A DNA stretch of 44,016 nucleotides, taken from an uncultured Chitinophagaceae bacterium. Its GTDB lineage: Bacteria > Bacteroidota > Bacteroidia > NS11-12g > UBA9320. The translations under genes were made by a program, and so were the position numbers. The stretch is from assembly GCA_964482155.1 (NCBI GenBank), contig CAYZWM010000005.1, positions 1 through 44,016 of the forward strand, given 5' to 3'. Numbering within the stretch: position 1 is the stretch's first letter; each line of letters opens with the position of its first letter. Below are positions 7,335 through 16,135 of this stretch, one piece after another. The notes below the pieces were generated by a model. That model ran no database searches. It was not told the origin of the DNA and worked only from the letters and a program-made list of their open reading frames with translations.

Positions 7335-9176
7335 ATGAAAAAGAAATTTGGCTTTGATTTTTCAAACCTCAAAGGAGATATTTTTGGGGGATTAACGGCA
7401 GGTATTGTGGCACTTCCACTTGCACTTGCTTTCGGTGTGAGTTCCGGACTTGGTCCAAGTGCAGGACTTTATGGTGCCATATTTGTTGGGTTTTTTGCCG
7501 CTTTATTTGGAGGAACCAACACACAGATATCCGGTCCTACAGCTCCAATGACGGCCGTAAGTATGGTCGTTATTGCAGGCATCCTTGGCGCTTTTGATGG
7601 CAACATTAGTGAAGCTTTGCCCATAATTATGACGGTCTTCTTAATGGCTGGACTCATTCAAATTGGCCTAGGTGCAATGGGGTTAGGAGCCTTTATTAAA
7701 TACATACCCTACCCAGTGGTTTCTGGGTTTATGACCGCCATTGGAGTCATCATATTGATTACTCAGTTGCTTCCATCTGTTGGATATTACCCAAAAGAAG
7801 ATGCAGCCTATGTGGCGCAGTTCAAGCCTCAGGCAGAGGAAGTTTTGCTCGACAAGATTCTTCGGGATGAAATGGGGGAAGATATTCTTGTGCTTGAAGA
7901 TTTTCGTGAAACAATAAGCCGAGCGAATATGATCACTGAAGAAGAGATTTTTATAGAATCTCAAACGCTGGCAAGTAATGAAGCTTCAGGTGTGATCGGT
8001 ACACTCAAAGTACTTCCTCGCGCTTTCAGGAATATCAATTGGCTGGAATTACTTCTCGCCCTGGGCACCATAGTCATTATTTATGGATTTCGAAGAATAA
8101 CCAGAGCCATTCCAAGTACGTTGGTTGCTTTACTGGTCATGTCTGGGATATCCGTTGGTTTTGGCCTGGATTATCGACCCATTGAGCAAATTCCGACAGG
8201 CCTTCCCATACCCTATCTGAGCATATTTACGGGCTTTAAGCTAGGTGCTGTTACGCCCTATATTTTTACGGCAATAACGTTGGCTTTTCTGGGTGCCATT
8301 GATTCGTTGCTCACCTCTGTGGTAGCCGACAATATGACCAAGACCGTCCACAAGCCGAACAAAGAACTGGTTGGACAAGGTATTGGTAACAGTATCGCGG
8401 CAATTTTTGGTGGAATTCCTGGTGCTGGAGCTACTATTCGAACGGTAGTGAATATCCGTGCTGGTGGAAAAACCCGGTTGTCTGGAATGGTAGCTGGTTT
8501 ACTTTTACTGGTTATCATGTTGTCGCTTGGCCCAATTGCGTCCCAAATACCAGCAGCTGTTTTGGCTGGAATATTAATAACCGTTGGCTTGGGGGTAATC
8601 GATTACAAAGGCCTTCGCGCTTTGCCGTTTATGGCACGGCCCGAAGCCGTTATATTGGTTGTGGTATTGGTGCTATCTTCGGTCTGGAACCTGGTTTATG
8701 CAGTGGGCATCGGTCTGGTTATCGCCTCTCTCATTTTTATGAAAAAGATTGGTGATTTATCGGCAGAGGGTTCGGAAGTGAAGTCACTTGAAAAAGAAAA
8801 GGCGTGGGCGGATGAAGTCAATTTTCCAAAGAACCTGAGGGACAAAGTATTTATTAAACACTTTGAAGGACCTCTGTTTTTTGGATCAACAACTGATTTT
8901 ACGCGTTTAGCTAAACAGATTCCAGATTCGGCCTCAACCGTAATCATACGTATGGATAAAATCCCATATATGGATCAATCGGGTTTATATGCCATTGAAG
9001 ACGTGGTTATTGATTTGGTCAAAAACGATAAAAAAGTTCTATTGGTCGACGTCGTAAAGCAGCCGCTTTATATGCTGGAACGAATAGACATTATACCGGT
9101 TTTAGTACCGCGCGAACAGGTTTTTTCAAGTTTTGGGGATTGCCTGGAATGGGTTGAGGACAATGTAAAAAAATAG
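7335..9176 (+). CDS. sulP: SulP/SLC26 anion (probably bicarbonate) transporter with STAS domain
   Basis: GDIFGGLTAGIVALPLALAFG, QISGPTAPM, IKYIPYPVVSGF, DSLLT, NKELVGQGIGN, GAGATIRT, STAS GPLFFGS / YMDQSG. Confidence 0.96.
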   Translation: MKKKFGFDFSNLKGDIFGGLTAGIVALPLALAFGVSSGLGPSAGLYGAIFVGFFAALFGGTNTQISGPTAPMTAVSMVVIAGILGAFDGNISEALPIIMTVFLMAGLIQIGLGAMGLGAFIKYIPYPVVSGFMTAIGVIILITQLLPSVGYYPKEDAAYVAQFKPQAEEVLLDKILRDEMGEDILVLEDFRETISRANMITEEEIFIESQTLASNEASGVIGTLKVLPRAFRNINWLELLLALGTIVIIYGFRRITRAIPSTLVALLVMSGISVGFGLDYRPIEQIPTGLPIPYLSIFTGFKLGAVTPYIFTAITLAFLGAIDSLLTSVVADNMTKTVHKPNKELVGQGIGNSIAAIFGGIPGAGATIRTVVNIRAGGKTRLSGMVAGLLLLVIMLSLGPIASQIPAAVLAGILITVGLGVIDYKGLRALPFMARPEAVILVVVLVLSSVWNLVYAVGIGLVIASLIFMKKIGDLSAEGSEVKSLEKEKAWADEVNFPKNLRDKVFIKHFEGPLFFGSTTDFTRLAKQIPDSASTVIIRMDKIPYMDQSGLYAIEDVVIDLVKNDKKVLLVDVVKQPLYMLERIDIIPVLVPREQVFSSFGDCLEWVEDNVKK

Positions 9177-9234
9177 AAGAGGTACACATTGGTTTCTTAT
9201 CGAATAATTATTCGTCTTTAATCAACAAGAAATA

Positions 9235-9280
9235 GGTGAACGGGTGGCTGGTATTATGCCATCCGTTTGCCTTTTATTTT
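9235..9280 (+). terminator. Intrinsic terminator after sulP
   Basis: 14-bp stem ggtgaacgggtggc/gccatccgtttgcc (with G-U pairs) followed by ttttatttt. Confidence 0.8.
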
Positions 9281-9298
9281 GGCATTTTTTTTCTTTCG

Positions 9299-9325
9299 TG
9301 TAACTCTCCTTTGATTGGTTCTATT
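9299..9325 (+). promoter_or_regulatory. Second copy of the ECF promoter TGTAACT-N13-TTCTATT
   Basis: Same -35, -10 and spacer length as 5404-5430; ends 24 nt before the ATG at 9350. Confidence 0.75.
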
Positions 9326-9349
9326 AATGAATAAGGAATTGTTCGTTAT

Positions 9350-10336
9350 ATGAAATTTTATAAAAAACTATCGGTCTTGGTTAGCCTTTTGGCATGTGGT
9401 TCGTCAGCCTGGGCTCAAGATACGATCAAGATAGGCATCAATGACCAAATGATACTGGTCACGGCACCGAAAAACAATCAAAAGGTAACCATCATCATTG
9501 AAGACAGTATCTCCAATTACAAGGTGGATATTAGCCGATATAGTTCAACCTCTGCGCCAAGTATCAAATCTGATATTCTGTCTCGCGTAAAGCGTAAAAA
9601 AACCTGGAAATCACGTTTTTTTGGTGAAGTAGAGGTAGGATACTCTGGGATGCTAAATACCAAACAATCCTATCCCTGGTACTTGAACGAGCTGGGCACA
9701 AACACCGATTATGTAGATACATTTTATCTAGGCCCCATTGGCAATTACAGTGAACAGGGGTTTAGTTCAAGGGGTACGTACTATGGTATGTATTTGGATC
9801 TGACCATTCGTGAAAAAACGAGGTTATTGTGGAAGACAGATAACGTCTATTTAAGCAAAGGCTCCCATATTCGCTTATCTCAAAACTTTGCCAAAGGAGA
9901 ACTCATCCGCACAGAACTGTATGGGTTCGAAGATTTTCGCCTGGATTCTATTGTGTCACGCGATGCACGGGAAGCGACCCTATCGATTAGCGGTTTACAG
10001 GTAAGCAAACGCTATAACCTGGGTATATACTTAAATAAAGCGAAAGACCTGTCGGTAGAATACGGTTTGGATATTGGCGTGCGATTTGCACTTTCGAGAC
10101 GTACCGTTATCGATAATCAGATAGACCCCAAAGTAACCAGTTCGTCTATGTCTATCCCCGAACCCGGTTCCGATATGTCCATTACCTTTTTGACATTAAA
10201 CCATCGATTGGGTTTCAATTATAAACGGTTTTCTGCCAATCTGGGTGTCTCTTACGGCGACCTCAGAATTGGAAGTTACAATGAGCGATCGGTTTATGGA
10301 AAACGAATGACTGCTGGCCTGGCTTACAGATGGTAA
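9350..10336 (+). CDS. Secreted hypothetical, probable outer-membrane beta-barrel
   Basis: Signal peptide (SSAWA-QDT); amphipathic strands; C-terminal AGLAYRW beta-signal. Confidence 0.75.
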   Translation: MKFYKKLSVLVSLLACGSSAWAQDTIKIGINDQMILVTAPKNNQKVTIIIEDSISNYKVDISRYSSTSAPSIKSDILSRVKRKKTWKSRFFGEVEVGYSGMLNTKQSYPWYLNELGTNTDYVDTFYLGPIGNYSEQGFSSRGTYYGMYLDLTIREKTRLLWKTDNVYLSKGSHIRLSQNFAKGELIRTELYGFEDFRLDSIVSRDAREATLSISGLQVSKRYNLGIYLNKAKDLSVEYGLDIGVRFALSRRTVIDNQIDPKVTSSSMSIPEPGSDMSITFLTLNHRLGFNYKRFSANLGVSYGDLRIGSYNERSVYGKRMTAGLAYRW

Positions 10337-11058
10337 ACTTAAATAAGACGATGATAAATAGAAAGCGGAACCCAATGCGTTGGATAAGTTTGGTGCTCCT
10401 TGGTTTTTCCATTTTTTGGTCAACTGCTTCAGCCCAAATCGCCATTAAGCCTACTAAAACGCTGTTTATTCAAAGTAGACATAGTCATACCTCAAATTTT
10501 CTAATGAGCCACGGAGATATTGGAATTGGCTTTCGCACGGCTATGCAACTGAACAATCGAATGAATCTGAATTTCGGTTTAACCATGAACTACAGTCGCT
10601 ATCAAAAGGAAACTCATCGGAATGGAGAATTGTTCTACTACGATTATTTTAAGGGTCTTCGAATAGATTACTTTTATATACAAGAAGTGGCGCAATGGTC
10701 ACTAGAGATTCCTCTCTCATTTCAATATTCGGTGTATACTAAATCGACAAATACGGTTGGTCTTGTAGTTGGAATTTCTCCTCAGATGTGCCTGTCTTCA
10801 CGAGCATCCGGATTTGGGTTTAGCGGTAAACGCGTAGTTAAAACAAATTTTACCAACGGACATATTGCTCTAAATAAAATGGAAGGCAATTTAGATCGGA
10901 AGTCTCACTATGTAATAAGCGATATGAATTTGAACCTGGGTTTAAGTTGGTCTCATAATCTTGAGAATGGCAAAACATTGGTTTTTGAATCAGGATTTGA
11001 ACGTTCCGTTTTGGGTTATTCCAATGGGATGTTTGTTCGAATCGGGATTGGTCTTTGA
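10330..11058 (+). CDS. Probable outer-membrane beta-barrel protein (true start may be 10351 or 10375)
   Basis: Signal peptide MRWISLVLLGFSIFWSTASA-Q; SLEIPLSFQY barrel motif; ends VRIGIGL. Confidence 0.75.
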   Translation: MVNLNKTMINRKRNPMRWISLVLLGFSIFWSTASAQIAIKPTKTLFIQSRHSHTSNFLMSHGDIGIGFRTAMQLNNRMNLNFGLTMNYSRYQKETHRNGELFYYDYFKGLRIDYFYIQEVAQWSLEIPLSFQYSVYTKSTNTVGLVVGISPQMCLSSRASGFGFSGKRVVKTNFTNGHIALNKMEGNLDRKSHYVISDMNLNLGLSWSHNLENGKTLVFESGFERSVLGYSNGMFVRIGIGL

Positions 11059-11106
11059 CATAGGCCTTTTCCGCAATACATATACTTTTTAGTCTTTAAT
11101 GAAAAT

Positions 11107-11131
11107 GAGGTTGCATACAGCAACCTCTTTT
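11107..11131 (+). terminator. Intrinsic terminator after the barrel pair
   Basis: gaggttgc-ataca-gcaacctc followed by tttt. Confidence 0.7.
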
Positions 11132-11239
11132 CTGTTATCAAAGGTTTTCAGTCATCTATAAATCGACTTGGTTAGACATACGCTTTGATGTTTTAGCTAG
11201 GTTTATGTCGGTTTGCAACCTGAATAGACATCTTTTAAT

Positions 11240-11247
11240 TAGCTTTG
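11240..11247 (+). promoter_or_regulatory. Sigma-A -7 element (TAGCTTTG)
   Basis: TAnnTTTG match ending 19 nt before the GTG at 11267. Confidence 0.6.
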
Positions 11248-11266
11248 AGAACCGCATCATATCCTT

Positions 11267-12133
11267 GTGAAGTTTACGATTTTTGATCAGCCACATCCCA
11301 TAGAGTCGACTCTAAATCGATTTGTCATTTCGACCGTTGTAAGTCTTTTCGTTTACGGTTTTTTAGCCCTATTGGAACCCTTTCACCTAAACCTGTTGGA
11401 GGCTAACAAAGCCATAATCATAGTCGGGTATGGGATTGGATGCTGGGTGATTCTGTGTTTATTTTATACCCTGTTGCCCATTGGTCTCCCTTCCCTGTTT
11501 AACGAATCCATTTGGAAGGTTTATAAGGAAATACTCTGGCTACTGTCAATTTTGCTTGTCGTAGGTGTTTACGTGTCCGTTTATGAAGATGTAATCGGTA
11601 CACGCACTCTACAGATGAATACCTTGTTGGAGTCTATCGGCAAAACCTTGGTTATTGGAATCATACCGGTTACAGGCGTAACCTTGTTCAATCAGTTCCG
11701 ATTGGTACGCAAACATTTGAATGAAGCCAATGAAATTCATGCGACGGTTGAAACACTTAAAAATTCTGGTGGTGAATCATCAGAACAGCTTATCGAATTG
11801 ATTTCAGACAACAAAGGAGAATCGTTTCAAGCGGTAATTGAAGACATCTTGTTTGTGGCCGCCCTTGGAAATTACGTTGAGATTTTTACCCTAAAAAATG
11901 GGCAGAAAGAAAAAGTTATTTTACGTACTCCATTGATGAAAATTGAAGAACAACTTGCCGTTTATCCTCAGTTTTTTCGATGCCACAGAACGCATTTGGT
12001 CAACCTAAATCGAATTGTCAAGGTAGAAGGCAATGCGCGTGGTTATTATGTGTTTTTCGAAATTCCAGAATTGACGGTTCCTGTGTCGAAGCGAAAGACT
12101 ACTCAGTTTAGGCGCTTAATGAAGACCAAATAA
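11267..12133 (+). CDS. Membrane-anchored one-component LytTR transcription regulator
   Basis: Four TM helices, then LytTR domain: ILFVAALGNYVEI, FFRCHRTHLVN, VPVSKR. Confidence 0.93.
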   Translation: MKFTIFDQPHPIESTLNRFVISTVVSLFVYGFLALLEPFHLNLLEANKAIIIVGYGIGCWVILCLFYTLLPIGLPSLFNESIWKVYKEILWLLSILLVVGVYVSVYEDVIGTRTLQMNTLLESIGKTLVIGIIPVTGVTLFNQFRLVRKHLNEANEIHATVETLKNSGGESSEQLIELISDNKGESFQAVIEDILFVAALGNYVEIFTLKNGQKEKVILRTPLMKIEEQLAVYPQFFRCHRTHLVNLNRIVKVEGNARGYYVFFEIPELTVPVSKRKTTQFRRLMKTK

Positions 12134-12142
12134 CCCAAATAC

Positions 12143-12189
12143 TCCCGAAAACAGCCCACTGGTCACTATAGAGTCCCGCACATCACTAT
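12143..12189 (+). promoter_or_regulatory. Direct repeats at a 20-nt period, candidate operator for the adjacent LytTR
   Basis: tcccgaa(12143), tcactat(12163), tcactat(12183) upstream of the hydrolase gene. Confidence 0.5.
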
Positions 12190-12234
12190 TCTCGGATTAG
12201 CGCATTCTCGCGCCTTAGTTTCGTCTAAAACACA

Positions 12235-13398
12235 ATGAATTTGAAGACGAAAAATATGAAATATGCCCTCATCATACTCGGAGTTGGTTTAGTGAGTTAC
12301 GGCAGTTCTTCTAACCAGGAAAAGAATCTGGTGTTTGGATTTTATCATGGCCAAAAAGTACACGCTGAATTAGATAGTAAAATTGCCGCGTACTATTTTC
12401 AGAAACAAGGTGACCATACGTATACCGACTCGTATTTAGACAGTGTTATTAATTCGACGACTTCCACCTTAAGTCTAGACCGAATTAGCAAAGAGGATAT
12501 GGCCCTGGTTTCAAATAACCTGTCTACAGATTTTGCAACCCTGTTTTTGATCGATGAACTACTCAAAAAGGAGAGCAACAGAAAAGCACAACAGGTTTAC
12601 CAGTCTTTTGACAAGGAGACCAGAGTATTAGAGATTGATCAACAAAGTGAGTTTCTTAGAAAAGCGGGGGAATATGTTTTCGTTTTTGTTCCGGGCTTGT
12701 TTTATGTAAGACATCCAGAAACTGGAGGTGATTTTGCCGCCCAACGAAGTCAATTAGAGGCATTGGGACTCCATACGCATCTGGTCAAAACAAAAGAAAC
12801 GGGCCTGGTTGTCGAAAATGCGAAACAGGTAGCGAACGATATTGTGGAAATTTCGAAAAGCGACATGAAAATAATCCTCGTCAGTGCCAGCAAAGGAGGG
12901 CCAGAGGTTGCGTATGCACTGGGACACGTTTTGGGTCATTCGGAATCAAAAAACGTAAAAGCCTGGATCAGTCTTGGAGGAGTCTTACGTGGTAGCGCAG
13001 TTGCCGACAGGTACCTTACCGGATTAAACCGTTGGTATGCAAAGAGCATCTTGTTTTTTATAGGCGAAAAAATATCGTTTGTTGAGGATATTGGAACGAC
13101 CGCTAGTTTGAAAAGATACGATTCATTGAAATTTTCAAAAGACTTGTTGACCATCCATTTTGTTGGGGCACCCTTGTCCAGTCAGGTAAGCCCCAAGGTA
13201 AAAGATACCTATCAAAAATTGAGTCGATTTGGACCGAATGATGGGTTGACTACATTGGTTGATGAGCTGACTCCTGATGGCATTGTTATAACCGAACTCG
13301 GGTTGGACCATTACTACAAACACGAGCATATCGATCGGAAAACGATCTCCTTGTTGCGTACCGCATTGGAATTATTAGACGACCAAACGTTGGAATAG
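12235..13398 (+). CDS. Secreted alpha/beta-hydrolase-fold protein (lipase/esterase-like; start may be 12256)
   Basis: FVFVPGLF oxyanion strand, ILVSASKGG nucleophile elbow, GPNDGL (Asp) and LDH (His). Confidence 0.75.
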   Translation: MNLKTKNMKYALIILGVGLVSYGSSSNQEKNLVFGFYHGQKVHAELDSKIAAYYFQKQGDHTYTDSYLDSVINSTTSTLSLDRISKEDMALVSNNLSTDFATLFLIDELLKKESNRKAQQVYQSFDKETRVLEIDQQSEFLRKAGEYVFVFVPGLFYVRHPETGGDFAAQRSQLEALGLHTHLVKTKETGLVVENAKQVANDIVEISKSDMKIILVSASKGGPEVAYALGHVLGHSESKNVKAWISLGGVLRGSAVADRYLTGLNRWYAKSILFFIGEKISFVEDIGTTASLKRYDSLKFSKDLLTIHFVGAPLSSQVSPKVKDTYQKLSRFGPNDGLTTLVDELTPDGIVITELGLDHYYKHEHIDRKTISLLRTALELLDDQTLE

Positions 13399-13514
13399 AA
13401 AACCGTGCTCATTGTGATCTGGTAAAACAATTAATTACAAGATGTGTTGTACCATCAAGTTCCCGTTTTTGAAAAGATCTGGGGCTTATCAATATCAATA
13501 TAAAAGTAAGAACA

Positions 13515-14603
13515 ATGAACATTTTTGAACCCTATACCATCGGAGGCTTAACCTTAAAAAACAGACTTGTCATGTCGCCCATGACCCGATCGCGAGCCAT
13601 TGATAATTTACCCAATGCCCTCATGGCTAAATACTATGGTCAGCGTGCTTCTGCAGGTTTGATCATTACAGAAGGGGTCGCACCTTCGGCCAATGGCCTA
13701 GGGTATGCCCGTATACCAGGAGCGTTTACTCCGGAACAAATGGAGGGGTGGAAACTGGTCACCGACGCTGTTCATTCCAATGAAGGCAAGATTTTTATGC
13801 AAATCATGCATACGGGTCGAGTATCTCATTCAGGAAATATGCATCCAGATGCACGGATTGTGGCGCCATCAGCTATTGCTGCACCAGGCGAAATGTATAC
13901 AGATGTGGCTGGAATGCAGGCCTACGAAACGCCATCGGAAATGACTGACGCGGACATTAAACAGGCCATAGGAGAATTTGTCACTGCAGCGAAAAATGCA
14001 GTTGAGGCAGGTTTTGACGGGGTTGAGATTCATGGAGCCAACGGCTACCTTGTGGATCAGTTTATCAATCCGGCTTCAAACCATCGAAGCGATCAGTATG
14101 GTGGATCTATCGAAAACAGAAGTCGATTTGCCATTGAAGTTGCCACTCAGGTTGCAGAAGCCATTGGCAGCGATAAAACGAGTATGCGATTATCTCCATA
14201 CGGTGTAAATGGTGGTATGGAAAAATTTGATGGACTGGAAGATGCCTATACGTATTTGGCTGGAGAATTAGGCAAGCTTAATTTGGCTTATCTGCACATA
14301 GCTGATATGTCTTCAATGGGTGCTCCAACCGTAACAGAATCAGTTAAAGAAAAAATTAAAACGGCGTTTAGCGGTACCATTATTCGCAGTGGGGGATTGG
14401 ACAAACAACAAGCCAACTCCATACTTCAGAAGAACAAAGGCGATCTATTTGCCTTTGGTAGACCATTCTTAGCGAATCCCGATTTAGTGTATCGATTGGA
14501 AAACGATTTACCCTTGACCGAAGGTAAACACGAATCATTTTTTACGCCGGGAGAAGAGGGGTATACCGATTACCTTGCGTATTCATCAACGGCTCAGGTA
14601 TAA
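13515..14603 (+). CDS. nemA: Old Yellow Enzyme family alkene reductase (NemA-like)
   Basis: LKNRLVMSPMTRSRA, YYGQRASAGLIITEG, GFDGVEIHGANGYL, FGRPFLANPDL, GYTDY. Confidence 0.92.
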   Translation: MNIFEPYTIGGLTLKNRLVMSPMTRSRAIDNLPNALMAKYYGQRASAGLIITEGVAPSANGLGYARIPGAFTPEQMEGWKLVTDAVHSNEGKIFMQIMHTGRVSHSGNMHPDARIVAPSAIAAPGEMYTDVAGMQAYETPSEMTDADIKQAIGEFVTAAKNAVEAGFDGVEIHGANGYLVDQFINPASNHRSDQYGGSIENRSRFAIEVATQVAEAIGSDKTSMRLSPYGVNGGMEKFDGLEDAYTYLAGELGKLNLAYLHIADMSSMGAPTVTESVKEKIKTAFSGTIIRSGGLDKQQANSILQKNKGDLFAFGRPFLANPDLVYRLENDLPLTEGKHESFFTPGEEGYTDYLAYSSTAQV

Positions 14604-14651
14604 CCTTTAGCAATAGATGAAGTTGTCTCAGAGCGACCAATGGCAAATTGT

Positions 14652-15794
14652 CTATTGGGTTGGCTCTGAGACGGGGACTCCCCTCGGTTTCCATATTCTT
14701 TTGAATAAATAAATAATGCCTAAAATGGCTAGGGTGGCCCCTCCGATCATAACTAATGCCGCAAGCCCCTCTTGTCCGTTGCAAGACAATTCGCAGGAGA
14801 TGACCGCAAGAAGCATGATAACCCCAACGAACAAAGCCAGAGCCAAAATGGAGAGTAAGATGTTTCCAATAATTTCTCCCGTGCTTCTTTTTTCGTAATC
14901 CATATAGTCGGCCTCACTACTTGTGGCAGTTGGTGCGTAAGTGAACGCTTCGGTGATCTGCCTCCCAAAGGAGTTCATATTGCTTTGTTGACTTGATATG
15001 TTTCCAAACGATATCAATAGGGCCGAAGTAACAGCCACTAAGGCCAGGTCGTGTAATTTTCGTCGGATAAAGTTTGACTTCCAAATTCGCTTGGCCGTAT
15101 TCTTAACGGGATAAAGAAGCACGTTGAGAGCAAAAACGGCTGAAAGAGCGTAAACCGACCAATCAGACAATTCAAATCCGACACTTTGAATAATCCGACC
15201 CAGTTGTAGACTCGCCAAACCGAGTAAAATTCGTGAACCAATTAACAACCTTCTAGAGGTCTTCACATTATTGGATGCCCAATTAGCCAGTCGTTTTGTT
15301 CTTTTACGGCCAAGAAACATAAAGGCGGATAGGAGGGCCGTGGATATGGCCGAAACCGATAGGAATGTGCCATCGCTACGGCGATTTTTGGTATTCTTAA
15401 AGGAACTCTTCCTGGTTTTTAATTGATGATTATCGACGGTTTTGGCCGTGGACTTTTTAGAAAACGCTGTCTTCGTTTTATGCACGACCTCTTGCGTTTG
15501 AAGGCGTTTATTTGGAACTGAACGTTTGGTCTGACTACGGCCATAGCTATACGGCTTAGAAGTCGATTCAGTTACGTCCTTTCTCTTCTTTGTGATCGAT
15601 GATTTTGGTTGAGTAGTGATCTGCTCACTCACATAATGACTTGAATTTGAATGACGATGCTCTTTTTTAGATTTCTCCGAGCTGGCCTTTTTAGTGCCAA
15701 CGCGCATGGTGAGATGCCCATATTGTCGATTCATACAAGAGCTAAACAGGAGGGTTGTTAGTAGGATGATTAAGCTAAATTGATGCGTCTTCAT
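14652..15794 (-). CDS. Hypothetical membrane protein with lipoprotein-type signal
   Basis: LLFSSC lipobox, long K/S/T/R-rich segment, about 6-7 TM helices, CELSCNG near the C-terminus. Confidence 0.8.
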   Translation of the reverse strand: MKTHQFSLIILLTTLLFSSCMNRQYGHLTMRVGTKKASSEKSKKEHRHSNSSHYVSEQITTQPKSSITKKRKDVTESTSKPYSYGRSQTKRSVPNKRLQTQEVVHKTKTAFSKKSTAKTVDNHQLKTRKSSFKNTKNRRSDGTFLSVSAISTALLSAFMFLGRKRTKRLANWASNNVKTSRRLLIGSRILLGLASLQLGRIIQSVGFELSDWSVYALSAVFALNVLLYPVKNTAKRIWKSNFIRRKLHDLALVAVTSALLISFGNISSQQSNMNSFGRQITEAFTYAPTATSSEADYMDYEKRSTGEIIGNILLSILALALFVGVIMLLAVISCELSCNGQEGLAALVMIGGATLAILGIIYLFKRIWKPRGVPVSEPTQ

Positions 15795-16135
15795 AATGTA
15801 AATTTAATGGTGGTATCGTGTTACGAATCTAGTTTGGTTGTGTCGTGCAATGATTGCATGAAATGCTACAGGTGAATAAAATATTTGTAAAAAATGCAAT
15901 TATTGGTTCGGCTCATCCCTTAGATCGTGCGTTGAATTCATAGAAACATTTTTAATAATGGCCAGACTGGATAGCGAAAGATTACCCAAGTATACCAACC
16001 TTGTCGGGTAGATCGGGTTATTCTTATGAGGCATACGGATACCTCCAAATTGATCCAAATTTAGCTTTCAATTTTTTAGTACATTCGTAATCCGTAACAC
16101 AACAATTACTGGATTAATCACCCTCCTCAACCTAT

